Source: a virus. Taken from it: 64,000 nt of DNA. Numbering within the stretch: position 1 is the first letter of the stretch; each line of letters begins with the position of its first letter. The DNA is taken from positions 58,321 through 122,320 of the IMG/VR virus record IMGVR_UViG_3300042940_001100; one strand, given 5' to 3'. The translations under genes and the position numbers were made by a program. Below are positions 21,670-31,387 of the stretch, one piece after another. The notes below the pieces were generated by a model, which had not been told where the DNA came from, searched no databases, and worked only from the letters and a program-made list of their open reading frames with translations.

Positions 21670-24600
21670 ATAGTTGTCCTAATGAATCCTCACAAGAGTG
21701 GAAAGACATACTAAAAGAAACCAATGGTAATAGAGAAAGAGCTTTAGAGCTATGGGAGGAAAGAGGTTTTGCTGATAATGAAGATCTTAACAGTGAACCA
21801 GAAGCAGAAAAAGAAGAGGTTCCTGATATTGATCCTGAAAAGGACACAGCTTTTGGCAAGCTTATTGGTTCTATCAAAGTTTTTGTTAATAAACAACTTG
21901 CTATTCTACAGCAAAAAGTGGTAAGGGATCAAGAAACAAAAGAAAAAAAACTACAAGATCTTATCAAAAATATAGAGGCTGCAGAAGGTGTAGATTCTAT
22001 ATACATATTTATTAAAGATGCATATAACAATGCTAACAGAGCAAAAAAACAATTAGAAGATCTTATAAAAAATAAAGATGCTTATGATAGAAAAGATCTG
22101 ATGGGTAAGATGTTAGCTATATCTGATTTTATTAATGGTTACTCTATATTAGATGAGTTAAATAATGCTGACTTAAAAGAGTACTTTATGCAAAGAGTAA
22201 GTATAAAGATACCAGAAGGTGAACTTACTCCACAACAACTTGTAAGTGCAGCTATTGCAACAAAAAATGATATAAAAGCAAGATACATAAATCAAGGTAT
22301 ACCTTTGATGGCTGACTTTTTATTAGGTTATACTACTGAGTTGGGAGCTACTATTCTTGACCAAATAGATACACTGAACAAGCGTATTAAAAACTTAGCT
22401 TTTGAAAATCTAAGTGATAAGAAAAAAGAAGAAAGAGCAAAAGAGTACCAAGATAAAATAGATAAACTACAATCTTTTTCTTTAAATAAAAAAACACTTG
22501 TTGAAGCTCTTAGAAGTTTTACCTCTGATACAGGAGTACTTAGTTTCTTAATGGATCCACTTATTAGTTCTGAAGATTCAGTTTTAGCTCTATTTGCTAA
22601 AGCGGTTAAGAGTCAACTAGAAAATGCCCGGATGAAGGATGATGATAACTTAAAATATGTAGGCAAAGCTTTTGATAATTATAAAGCATCTAACACTGCT
22701 AATAGAGATAACCCTGCAAAGTTTAATGAAGGTATATATGAAACAGTAACTGTTACCTATACAGATAAAAATGGTGAGAAAAAGACTGCAGAAAGAATAG
22801 ACTTTGTACAAAAGTATGATCAAGAAAAGTTTAAGCAAGCTAGAAAAGCTTTCCGCAAGTCTTTAGGCGAAGCTCCTAAGTTATCTGAAGTCCCTACTAA
22901 ACAGGAAAAAATAAAGCTTAAAGAATACATATCCAAGGTTGCTGCCTGGAACAGAGAAAATACAGAGCCTAAACCTAAAGAGGAGATAGACAAGATCATA
23001 GCAGCAAAAGAAAAACAAAGGAATGCTAATCTTATAACAGAAGAAGAATATAACAAGTGGAAAAAGTCTGTGATGTATACAGACAAGTTTGGTAATACTA
23101 CTTATAAAAGAGAACTATCACAACCTGCAAAAAAATATATAAGTACTAAGTGGTTAGCTATGTACGATGTTAATGATAAGCCTAAAAATAATAAGGGTGA
23201 ATATCATAAAGCTCTACTAAAAATATACTTTGAAGCACAAGATAAATTGCCGGCTTCTAAAAGAAGAGGTTTTAGAGTACCTTCTGTACCAAAGTCTGAC
23301 CTAGAAAGAGCTATAGCAAATGGCCTTATAGATCTAACAAAACAAAATTTCTCAGATGCTATTAATGTTAAAGTTTATGATCCAGAATTTGGTCTAGCTG
23401 GTCTAGGAGAAACAGAAGCAAAGTTTTTACCTGTTCACTACACACAAGCTATGAATGCAGAAAATGTTAGTCTTGACTTAGCAAAGTCAGTACTGTTATT
23501 TGCAGCAATGGCTAATAGATATGAAGCTTTAAATGAGATACACTCAGAAATATCTATGTTCCAAACTATTATAGGAGATAGAAAAATTGCTGAAACTAAT
23601 AGTAAAGGTGAGCCTATTCTTGATGCTTTTGCTAATAAGCAAGGTTATGTAGAGTACATTAAACAAAATGGAGAAGCTTATTCTAAAAAACATGTAGATG
23701 CTTTTATAGATATGGTTGTCTATGGAGAGATGCAAAAGGCTGAAGAAATATTAGGTGTTTCTCTATCTAAAATAACAAATATTGGTACCGGTATATCAGC
23801 CGTTACTACTATTGCCCTAGATGTTCTTAAAGGTGTGGCTAATAACTTACAAGGTAATATACAGTTAATTATAGAAGCTAACTCAGGAGAATTTTTTAAT
23901 AAGAAAAATCTAGCTTTAGGTAAAGTTGAGTATATGAAAGAGTTACCAGGAATACTTGCTGACTTTGGAAAGTCTTACCCTGAAAGTTTTCTTGGTCAAC
24001 TTATAAATAGATATGATCCTATGCAAGGAACATATAAAGATCATTATGGTAAAGATGTTACAGGTTCCGTAGCAAGCAAGCTATTTAGAACTAACACATT
24101 ATTCTTTAACCAGCAGTTTGGTGAACATGAAATACAAGTATCATGTATGCTTGCTCTTATGGATGCAACTACAGTTACAGCTAAGGATGGTACCCAGATG
24201 ACTTTGCTAAATGCTTATAAAAAGTTTGGAGTAACAGGTGTTGCTGAAAACACAGATTTTACAGAAAAGAAAAGACAAGCTTTACAAAATAGACTTCATG
24301 CTTTAAGTAAAAGAATGCATGGTGTTTACAATGATTTTGATAAAGGTACAGCTGGTAGATATTCTTTAGGAAGATTAGCTACAATGTATAGAAAGCATCT
24401 TGTTCCTGGATACATGAGAAGGTTTAAGTCTTTATCAATGGATCAAGAACTAGGTACTATTACTGAAGGTTTTTATAGAACTTTCTGGAATACTTTTGTA
24501 AGAGATCTTAGAGATTACAAATTTAATGTTGCACAAAATTGGTCTACATATTCAGCATTTGAAAAAGCTCAGATAAAAAGAGTAATAGCTGAAGCTACAA

Positions 24601-24992
24601 TCATTATAACATCTACAGCTCTGATTGCTATACTAATGGCAGCCGGTGATGATGATGAAGATTTAAAGAAAAACTATGCATACAACTTCACACTATATGA
24701 ATTAATCCGTATGAGAAGTGAGACTTTCGCGTATATTAGTCTTCCAGATGCATACAGGGTTGTTAAGTCACCATCTGCTATGACAGGAACTTTAGAAAGA
24801 GCTATCAAGTTTACTGATCAATTCTTCTTTACATGGGATCCTGAAGAACTAGAATTTCAAAAAAAGTCAGGTATATGGAATCAAGGAGACAACAAATCAT
24901 GGGCTTACTTCTTAAAACTTATGGGTTACTCTGGTTATAATATTAAACCAGAAGAAGCAGTAGAATCATTCAAAGGAACACTAAACAAATAA
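21663..24992 (+). CDS. Large virion/ejected protein (1109 aa) following the vRNAP
   Basis: Long ORF overlapping the vRNAP stop; helical, with a hydrophobic segment near the C-terminus; position typical of crAss-like ejected proteins. Confidence 0.7.
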   Translation: MLNSCPNESSQEWKDILKETNGNRERALELWEERGFADNEDLNSEPEAEKEEVPDIDPEKDTAFGKLIGSIKVFVNKQLAILQQKVVRDQETKEKKLQDLIKNIEAAEGVDSIYIFIKDAYNNANRAKKQLEDLIKNKDAYDRKDLMGKMLAISDFINGYSILDELNNADLKEYFMQRVSIKIPEGELTPQQLVSAAIATKNDIKARYINQGIPLMADFLLGYTTELGATILDQIDTLNKRIKNLAFENLSDKKKEERAKEYQDKIDKLQSFSLNKKTLVEALRSFTSDTGVLSFLMDPLISSEDSVLALFAKAVKSQLENARMKDDDNLKYVGKAFDNYKASNTANRDNPAKFNEGIYETVTVTYTDKNGEKKTAERIDFVQKYDQEKFKQARKAFRKSLGEAPKLSEVPTKQEKIKLKEYISKVAAWNRENTEPKPKEEIDKIIAAKEKQRNANLITEEEYNKWKKSVMYTDKFGNTTYKRELSQPAKKYISTKWLAMYDVNDKPKNNKGEYHKALLKIYFEAQDKLPASKRRGFRVPSVPKSDLERAIANGLIDLTKQNFSDAINVKVYDPEFGLAGLGETEAKFLPVHYTQAMNAENVSLDLAKSVLLFAAMANRYEALNEIHSEISMFQTIIGDRKIAETNSKGEPILDAFANKQGYVEYIKQNGEAYSKKHVDAFIDMVVYGEMQKAEEILGVSLSKITNIGTGISAVTTIALDVLKGVANNLQGNIQLIIEANSGEFFNKKNLALGKVEYMKELPGILADFGKSYPESFLGQLINRYDPMQGTYKDHYGKDVTGSVASKLFRTNTLFFNQQFGEHEIQVSCMLALMDATTVTAKDGTQMTLLNAYKKFGVTGVAENTDFTEKKRQALQNRLHALSKRMHGVYNDFDKGTAGRYSLGRLATMYRKHLVPGYMRRFKSLSMDQELGTITEGFYRTFWNTFVRDLRDYKFNVAQNWSTYSAFEKAQIKRVIAEATIIITSTALIAILMAAGDDDEDLKKNYAYNFTLYELIRMRSETFAYISLPDAYRVVKSPSAMTGTLERAIKFTDQFFFTWDPEELEFQKKSGIWNQGDNKSWAYFLKLMGYSGYNIKPEEAVESFKGTLNK

Positions 24993-24994
24993 CA

Positions 24995-25132
24995 ATGGCT
25001 AAGCAAACAGTAACAGGATCTATTAAGATCAAAGCAAAAATTAAAAGAAAAGGAATTCATGCTAAGAGTAAAACCTCTTCTAATCCTAATAGTAAGAACT
25101 ATAGGAAACCAAGAGTATCTCAGGGTAATTAA
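24995..25132 (+). CDS. Small highly basic protein (45 aa), possibly nucleic-acid binding
   Basis: Manual translation MAKQTVTGSIKIKAKIKRKGIHAKSKTSSNPNSKNYRKPRVSQGN; starts 2 nt after the previous stop; below the ORF-track cutoff. Confidence 0.7.
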   Translation: MAKQTVTGSIKIKAKIKRKGIHAKSKTSSNPNSKNYRKPRVSQGN

Positions 25133-25175
25133 AAAAAAATAGAGATACTCCCGAAGGAATATCTCTATAATTTTT
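25131..25175. terminator. Bidirectional intrinsic terminator at the convergence of the two gene blocks
   Basis: ATAGAGATA...TATCTCTAT stem, with an A-tract on the left and a T-tract on the right. Confidence 0.8.
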
Positions 25176-25557
25176 ATTTGAAAATGATCTTTGCAATATC
25201 CGGCCTAAAATACCGGTTGCTCTTCATAATCTTGCCGTCTTCTCTTAAGATAGGATTGCCATCAGCATCTAACTTACTCATGTTACTAAGGTGAATTTCA
25301 TTAAACACTTCTTCTATCTTATGTTGAAGACCGTGCTTTAGAATAGTTCCACATAATATATACAGCTGATCCCCTAAAGCATCTGCTATTTCTACCATGT
25401 CTTCTTTGTTACAAGCTTCTAAGTATTCTTCATTCTCTTCAGCCATTAATCTATGGCGTAGTTCAGCTTCTCCTGTTGTTAACAACATTGGGCCTGTGCC
25501 ATTTTTTTGCTTAAAAGCTTCATGGAAGATTTCCACTTTTCTAATTGTTTCCTTCAT
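25174..25557 (-). CDS. MazG-like nucleoside triphosphate pyrophosphohydrolase
   Basis: EENEEY...EIADALGDQLYILCG...EIHLSNMSKL...REDGKIMK. Confidence 0.9.
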   Translation of the reverse strand: MKETIRKVEIFHEAFKQKNGTGPMLLTTGEAELRHRLMAEENEEYLEACNKEDMVEIADALGDQLYILCGTILKHGLQHKIEEVFNEIHLSNMSKLDADGNPILREDGKIMKSNRYFRPDIAKIIFK

Positions 25558-25804
25558 TGTTCTTGGTTTTAAATTTTAAGTCATGTAGATAACATGCACT
25601 AGCTGAGATTAAATCTTTATATAAACCTTCTCTTTTGGCAGCTTCTTTTGTTGTATATAAATATGGATTTTCCTTACGGAGCATCTTAAGCTTAGCTATG
25701 TAATAAGAGTAAAGGAATTCTACTTGTTTTTCCTCTTGCTCACTTGATGTATCAAAATTAAACAATATTTCTTCTAAATTTACTTTTTCAGGATTTTCTT
25801 TCAT
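25541..25804 (-). CDS. Hypothetical protein
   Basis: 87-aa ORF coupled to its neighbours. Confidence 0.6.
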   Translation of the reverse strand: MKENPEKVNLEEILFNFDTSSEQEEKQVEFLYSYYIAKLKMLRKENPYLYTTKEAAKREGLYKDLISASACYLHDLKFKTKNNEGNN

Positions 25805-25807
25805 GTT

Positions 25808-26401
25808 TTAAAATATTAAATTTTCAGGAATAATTTCCTCTTTTATATAGTCAAGCATTCCATTTTTAGAGGGGTTTTCTCCATAAAAGCCTGAGCAGGA
25901 ATCAATTATTATTTCTTCCTCTCCTTCTTTTTTAATTAGTTGAAATCCATAAACATCACCCATAACATATTGATTCATGGTTGATACTTCAAGCTTTAAG
26001 TTTGCTGTAGCTTTTTTTATTACTTCTTCTGTAATTACTGATTCTTTGTATTCTTCTTTAAGTTTTTTATCTGTTACATAGATGAATCCTACTTGTCCTG
26101 AGTCCCATGGACAAGAAAAACCTTCTGTGTTAATTGTTATACCGCTGTGATCATACATAAAAATAGGTATGCATACACTAGCTTTTAATTCATTTTCAAT
26201 ATGCTCTTGCATTTCTGACCAGTTTCCGAAGTCTTCTGATGCAAAATCTACTTCATCCCCAAAATTATATCTTTTGTGGAATATTGCCATGGTGCCTAGA
26301 TTATCCCAAGACCTCGGGCTTTCCGCCCAAGTGTCTTGAAATATCTGTAAGATGTGGCCATCTTTGAGCTTGTGCTCTTCATATATATTCTTGTCATTCA
26401 T
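25808..26401 (-). CDS. Conserved phage hypothetical protein (SPRxWDNLG / YDHSG / WDSGQVG type)
   Basis: Motif-rich 197-aa ORF; function unknown. Confidence 0.7.
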   Translation of the reverse strand: MNDKNIYEEHKLKDGHILQIFQDTWAESPRSWDNLGTMAIFHKRYNFGDEVDFASEDFGNWSEMQEHIENELKASVCIPIFMYDHSGITINTEGFSCPWDSGQVGFIYVTDKKLKEEYKESVITEEVIKKATANLKLEVSTMNQYVMGDVYGFQLIKKEGEEEIIIDSCSGFYGENPSKNGMLDYIKEEIIPENLIF

Positions 26402-26402
26402 T

Positions 26403-27374
26403 TTATAAATGGTTTAAATTACCTTCACTTTCTGCCTCCTTGATAGCATCTAATAAGTCTAGTTGTTCAATAACTGGTTTATCTATTTTAATAATAACAT
26501 CTTCTTTTAAAAAAGGATTTTCTATTTCTTGAATAGGATCCTCTCTAGGGATTGTTATATTAACTATATCAGCCAGAGTGGGTTGTATGATTTGTACTAT
26601 TTCCTGTACATTCTCTGTAACCTCATTAGGTGTGTCTTCTTGAAGGACTAATGGTTGAATTCCGTACTCTTGTGTGAAAAACCAATGTACGAGTCTTTGA
26701 TGATCAAGCCAGTCTTTAGGATGTGATTTGTGTAAGCTTAGGGTTATATGATTGTATAAGGCCCATAAGCTTTTTGTGTCTGCATTATAATCAAACTTTG
26801 GTGAATGCATTTGGTGTTTGATTAATGTCAGCTGTTCTGTATTGAGTAAGTCTTCCTCAAAGTAAAGTCTTCCTACTAATTCAGCTCTTGTTTTATCATC
26901 TACTATGATTGTTTTCATAGTTTCTTTATCATAGACTAATTGCTTGTAGTATTGTTTTGCTTTACTTATCTGAGTTTGGATTGTTTCTGTTGTCTCTGAA
27001 TCTGCTGATCCTGTATGCTTTCTTCCCCAGGCTCCCATGTTGCCATTTACCATTCCATTCATGCATACAAAGACATAACCTCCAATTGCACATTTGAATC
27101 TCATTGACTTATCATATGAGTTACTCCAAGCAAACATCATTCCCATATCAGGATCATCTGAGTAATCTAAATGGTATATGCCTTGTGCTATGTTCGCGTT
27201 CTGGTTGCATCTGTAGAGCTCTTGCTTTACTTTAAACCCTTGGGTTGTTAGGTTTCTTACGGTTTCTGCTATTACAAATTCATGTGGGATTACTGTATAA
27301 GTATCTCCTTCATAAACTGGCAGAGGTGCTGCCATTAATAATTCTTTTGTTGCTGTGATTGCTCTTTTTGCCAT
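26403..27374 (-). CDS. DUF932-like protein
   Basis: IPH...NSYDKS..F...G..VFVCMNGM...RKHTG pattern; acidic low-complexity tail. Confidence 0.7.
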   Translation of the reverse strand: MAKRAITATKELLMAAPLPVYEGDTYTVIPHEFVIAETVRNLTTQGFKVKQELYRCNQNANIAQGIYHLDYSDDPDMGMMFAWSNSYDKSMRFKCAIGGYVFVCMNGMVNGNMGAWGRKHTGSADSETTETIQTQISKAKQYYKQLVYDKETMKTIIVDDKTRAELVGRLYFEEDLLNTEQLTLIKHQMHSPKFDYNADTKSLWALYNHITLSLHKSHPKDWLDHQRLVHWFFTQEYGIQPLVLQEDTPNEVTENVQEIVQIIQPTLADIVNITIPREDPIQEIENPFLKEDVIIKIDKPVIEQLDLLDAIKEAESEGNLNHL

Positions 27375-27670
27375 TTTTCTTGATTAATTAATGTTTCTAT
27401 TATTCCATAGAGAGTGGGTAGTATTATAAGCTTTTTACCAAACATCTTCTTTGTCTTTGGTGTACATTTTAAAACTTTCAATTTCTCTATCCATTCTTCT
27501 ATAGTTAGGTCTCCTTTATTCCGGTTACACTTTCTGCATGCATACACCTTGTTGTCCTTGGATAGTTTCCCACCCTTGGACTTAGGTATAACATGGTCCT
27601 TAGTTCTGTTAAGATCCGTGAGGTATTCTCTACAGTAATAACACTGGAATTTTACTGTCTCAAAATGCAT
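27335..27670 (-). CDS. HNH endonuclease
   Basis: CYYC...TKDHVIPKSKGG...N.VYACRKCNRNKG. Confidence 0.9.
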   Translation of the reverse strand: MHFETVKFQCYYCREYLTDLNRTKDHVIPKSKGGKLSKDNKVYACRKCNRNKGDLTIEEWIEKLKVLKCTPKTKKMFGKKLIILPTLYGIIETLINQEKWQKEQSQQQKNY

Positions 27671-28153
27671 TTAAAATAATGTTAGTTGATTATTTTTTGG
27701 AATGATGTTATTTATCTCCTTGTAAATCTTGTCCAGATAATAGCTTTCATCAATCTGGTAGTCTGCCCAAGATTTCTCTTCGTAGAGATTGAATATTTCT
27801 TGCATCCACTTCCCGGCTTCCAGCTGAATCTCTCTTCCATCAGACTTATTTACTTTATAGATCTTACATCCCTTTGGTGAGATATAATACCTTAGTGTTT
27901 TTTGTAGCTTTTCTCTACCTATCACCTGATCCTTTACACATACTTGTTGAAACTCCCAATCACCCTTGATTTTTACACCTGCACAATAGTCATAGATATT
28001 TCTATTTTCTTGTAAAAACTGTTCAGGTATCTTGCCTTCTACAAAGAACGCGTATAAAGCTTTAGGTATGATTAAAAAACTTTTGTTTTTATGAAGTGCT
28101 AAATTGCTAAATTCAAATAAGCCTTTACATTTTACTTTTTTTTTCTCAGCCAT
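27671..28153 (-). CDS. Family B DNA polymerase, C-terminal fragment
   Basis: Begins MAEKKKVKCKGLFEF, the KxKG motif expected right after DVNNY; ends IDESYY...QLTLF (clamp-binding-like tail). Confidence 0.8.
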   Translation of the reverse strand: MAEKKKVKCKGLFEFSNLALHKNKSFLIIPKALYAFFVEGKIPEQFLQENRNIYDYCAGVKIKGDWEFQQVCVKDQVIGREKLQKTLRYYISPKGCKIYKVNKSDGREIQLEAGKWMQEIFNLYEEKSWADYQIDESYYLDKIYKEINNIIPKNNQLTLF

Positions 28154-28784
28154 TTAATTTTATCCTTTCTATACTTATACCTCTAAAAAGTACTTTGTTG
28201 ATTTTTTGTTTATGAAAAGTTGCTAGAACATTTTTAAGACCGCATCTTTTTAGCCTTTTATAATCTAAAAGTCTATTGTTCACTTTATATTGGTATTTAG
28301 TTAATACTCTTGACAATACTTTAGCTTGTATCTTTCCTCTATTAGGTGTAGTTTTCCAATTAGCTGAAAGTTTTTGTCCATGCTCTTTTCTTATACCCTC
28401 TGACCATTCTTTTTTCAATCTACTTGATATTTTTTTTCTTGTAGACTCATGAACAATCATTTGAGAATCACTATCTGATCTTAAATTATATCCATGATCT
28501 TTACTTAAAGCATTTAAAGCATTCATCCAGAAAAGTTCCTTTTTAGCAATTTCTATCTCATCTGTAAGTACTTCTAGTACTGTATATTCAAAGTTTTCAG
28601 AACCATACTTAGTCCAAGAATTTTGTAGATGAGGACTATCAGATACTCCTTTATTTAATCTATAGTTATGTTCCCATATTCTAGCATAAATATTCATAGA
28701 TTTACCTATATAAACCTTATTATTTATTAGATTTTTAATCATATAAATACCAGCTAGATTTTTATGTTTTATATTTGCTTTCAT
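28146..28784 (-). mobile_element. GIY-YIG homing endonuclease inserted in the polB gene
   Basis: AGIYMIKNLINNKVYIGKS...R..EH...HLQNSW.KYG..NF...E...GYN; lies between the two polymerase fragments. Confidence 0.9.
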
Positions 28785-28788
28785 AAAA

Positions 28789-28820
28789 CAAATATAAAGA
28801 AATATAGTTATTAATACAAA
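28789..28820 (-). promoter_or_regulatory. Bacteroidota sigma-A-type promoter for the GIY-YIG gene
   Basis: Minus strand TTTG-N20-TATATTTG-TTTT-ATG, matching the -33 TTTG / -7 TAnnTTTG consensus. Confidence 0.7.
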
Positions 28821-28832
28821 TTTTCTTAATAA

Positions 28833-30263
28833 CTAGTATACCGCTAAGTAATTATTGACATCTTTGATAACCATCTTCTGATATTGGTCATGTTCTAAAC
28901 TGAGTTGAGTCAGTTTTTCCCATTCTTTACAGATTTCAAGATATTTTTCCTGATCTTTCTCAGGTATCATAAACTCTACACCATCTGTATTCTGCATTAG
29001 AGGAACCGATTCTGGTATACCTTCACTTATCATCTCATACAGCATCATAAGGCTTAGCTGCCCGTTGATGGTTATCTGCATGCCAAATTGAGGATCATAT
29101 AGGAAACTGTTCTCGTCTATACTTAATCCAAAGGTTGAGTTTAGGATAATCTTAAATACATAGTTCTTAGGATCTGATTTAGGTAGCTTTTTTCTTTCTT
29201 CAAAGAACCATTCATATATCTCACAAAATTCTTGCTTAGGTAGATGAGCCGGGGCCCACTTGTTTCTAATAGCTAGATTTGGATAGTATGATACAACATC
29301 AGATGATAGTATCAACATGCCATTACCGGATTCATAAACTCCAGCTTTTGTACAACCATGTACACCACCTAGACCAAAGTCTGTTTTAACTCCTTTATGA
29401 GTCAAACTATACTTAAATCCTCCTTTGGTGTTATTAGCATTCAGTATTAAACTTTGAAAGTTTTCTAATAAACTTTTAAAGGTTAAACTTTTAAAGTTTG
29501 TATAGGGTAGTATGATATCTGATATTTTGATTAGATCTCTTTTGGTTCTGAGATTCTTAAGATCATACTTGCTTATACCGGTTCCTTTGCTTAAGAAGTG
29601 TAGGAATAACTCTTTGGATATTCTTGGTTCTGAAGCACTAAAAAGGTTGATTTTGTATTCAGCTGTTAGAGTCTTGCGGAGATTGATCTGTTCCTTACTA
29701 AGCTGCATAATCTGTTTAGTAGATCTAACATCATTCTTACAGTACTCAATTATTGTATTAAGCTGCTCCTGAGAGGTTATTGACTCTGTATGGTCTATTG
29801 GCATATCTAATAAGTTTGGCCAGTCCATAGAGTATTGTATCCACTTTAAACCGGATCTCTTAGCTGGGTTATCCCAGTGATTAAGCTTGAATACATCAAT
29901 TTGCCTAATACTTAGATCTTTTTCACTAAATTCTGCAAATCTTCTTTCATCTTGACCGTCTATTATCTTTTGTGCTTGCTTGTGGATCCATCCAGCAATA
30001 TCTACAGCATTTAGTTTTAAAAGATGTGATTTGGCTCTTAGTATGTGCTCTGTAATTTGTGAGTCAAAACCTAACCCGTTAAATGATATGTGCCACTCAT
30101 CTTGTTTTTTATTTTGTTCTAGAAAATCTATTAGCTCTGCAATCTGATTTTCTAGACGACTTACTACAAATACTCTTGTTTCAGTTCCTGTATAGTGTTC
30201 TGCTACTAGAACAGTACAATCTATCAGGGTTTCGTAATCCATTACCCAATTGTCTTTAGCCAT
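28833..30263 (-). CDS. Family B DNA polymerase, N-terminal fragment (3'-5' exonuclease and palm)
   Basis: ExoI DYET, ExoII FNGLGFD, ExoIII YCKNDV, motif A DVVSYYPN, motif B KIILNSTFG, motif C NTDG; ends DVNNYLAVY-TAG. Likely start MAKDNWVMD at 30263. Confidence 0.9.
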   Translation of the reverse strand: MAKDNWVMDYETLIDCTVLVAEHYTGTETRVFVVSRLENQIAELIDFLEQNKKQDEWHISFNGLGFDSQITEHILRAKSHLLKLNAVDIAGWIHKQAQKIIDGQDERRFAEFSEKDLSIRQIDVFKLNHWDNPAKRSGLKWIQYSMDWPNLLDMPIDHTESITSQEQLNTIIEYCKNDVRSTKQIMQLSKEQINLRKTLTAEYKINLFSASEPRISKELFLHFLSKGTGISKYDLKNLRTKRDLIKISDIILPYTNFKSLTFKSLLENFQSLILNANNTKGGFKYSLTHKGVKTDFGLGGVHGCTKAGVYESGNGMLILSSDVVSYYPNLAIRNKWAPAHLPKQEFCEIYEWFFEERKKLPKSDPKNYVFKIILNSTFGLSIDENSFLYDPQFGMQITINGQLSLMMLYEMISEGIPESVPLMQNTDGVEFMIPEKDQEKYLEICKEWEKLTQLSLEHDQYQKMVIKDVNNYLAVY

Positions 30264-30308
30264 GTTAGTTTTGTTCAGTTCAGCTGTCCCCCCTATATGT
30301 TTAAGACA

Positions 30309-30338
30309 CAAAAAGGAGAGTATTTCTACTCCCCTTCT
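30309..30338 (-). terminator. Intrinsic terminator-like hairpin upstream of polB
   Basis: AAGGAGAGTA-TTTC-TACTCCCCTT; on the minus strand a GAAA loop followed by a U-tract. Confidence 0.55.
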
Positions 30339-30363
30339 GCAGCTATGGTTTTTATTTTTGAGA

Positions 30364-30792
30364 TTAAGGCATGATAATTGAAGACTTTGGTGCTTCAATT
30401 ACAACATCTTTACTTGATAAGATACTCATGTAATCAACAGTCTTTGCATTGATTGCTATTGCTTCAATGAAAGCCATGATTTCCACTTGCTCTATTATAT
30501 AATATTTCTGTAGTGTTTCTGTAGTTCTTCTTTCTTGTTTGTAGATCATAGGTTGACCATTTTCATCTTGAATAGGATGCTTTCTTTTTTCCATATCTCC
30601 ATTATCATCTAACTTTGGAAAATAGGCATGCTCTTGTTTCTTGAATGGAGAGTTAATCTCCAATACTTTTTTGTCTTTCCAGTACACAACATCTATGTAT
30701 GGACAATCTGCGGTTACAGGAATCATTCTGAAACTCTTTTCTGTTGCTGTATATGGTACAGTTATCAACATCATTGTTTTTAAGTCACTCAT
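30364..30792 (-). CDS. Hypothetical protein
   Basis: 142-aa ORF in the replication block. Confidence 0.7.
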   Translation of the reverse strand: MSDLKTMMLITVPYTATEKSFRMIPVTADCPYIDVVYWKDKKVLEINSPFKKQEHAYFPKLDDNGDMEKRKHPIQDENGQPMIYKQERRTTETLQKYYIIEQVEIMAFIEAIAINAKTVDYMSILSSKDVVIEAPKSSIIMP

Positions 30793-30809
30793 TTTATTTT
30801 GTTTTGGGG

Positions 30810-31382
30810 TTACAAATTACTATTTTTTATGCCTAGTTCCAAATTTATTATCTTAGCTACTAAGTTTTCTTTATCAAGATCCATTTCAGAACAAAGTTCT
30901 TTTACTTCTCTCAATAATGATTCTTCAACTTTTAGCATTTCTGCATACATAGAATAGTATTTTTCTGGATACAGAAAACTTTCTACATAAGCATAATTTG
31001 AATCTCTTTTACCATAAAAATTCTCAATCTTTTTCTTGTATGAATAACTAACTTCAGAATATTTTCCATTTATTAGTTTTTCCCAATCTTTTCTGTATTC
31101 TGAGAAATCAAAAACATAAGCTCCTTTATGATCTTCAAGTTGTTTGAAGTCATAAAAATGCCTATTTTTCAATAGTCTATCTTTCTCAAAATTTCTAAAT
31201 TCTAAATCATCTCTTAAATGATATAGACATATTAGTTTCATATCTTTACATGAATACTGCTCATGCCAAGATATGTAGGTTTCAATAGGGGTTACACTTG
31301 CCCCGCGTTTTATTTCCAGAATAGGATACATGAATATCCTACTTTTCTGAAAATAATTTTTGTACAAAGATTTAATAGCCAT
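30810..31382 (-). CDS. Hypothetical protein
   Basis: 190-aa ORF in the replication block. Confidence 0.7.
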   Translation of the reverse strand: MAIKSLYKNYFQKSRIFMYPILEIKRGASVTPIETYISWHEQYSCKDMKLICLYHLRDDLEFRNFEKDRLLKNRHFYDFKQLEDHKGAYVFDFSEYRKDWEKLINGKYSEVSYSYKKKIENFYGKRDSNYAYVESFLYPEKYYSMYAEMLKVEESLLREVKELCSEMDLDKENLVAKIINLELGIKNSNL

Positions 31383-31387
31383 AGTTA

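Noticed and set aside
213-23735. Minus-strand ORFs inside the giant plus-strand genes, and plus-strand ORFs inside the replication block
   Set aside because: Antisense shadow frames with Ser/Phe/Ile-biased composition and no motifs.
28146-28835. Group I intron or intein in polB
   Set aside because: Only 48 nt of non-coding sequence, no recognisable P/Q/R/S elements, no intein terminal residues, and the downstream fragment has its own ATG directly after an in-frame TAA.
30264-30398. ORF-track N-terminal extension of polB
   Set aside because: Overlaps the upstream gene and a terminator-like hairpin; the ExoI motif follows directly after Met at 30263.
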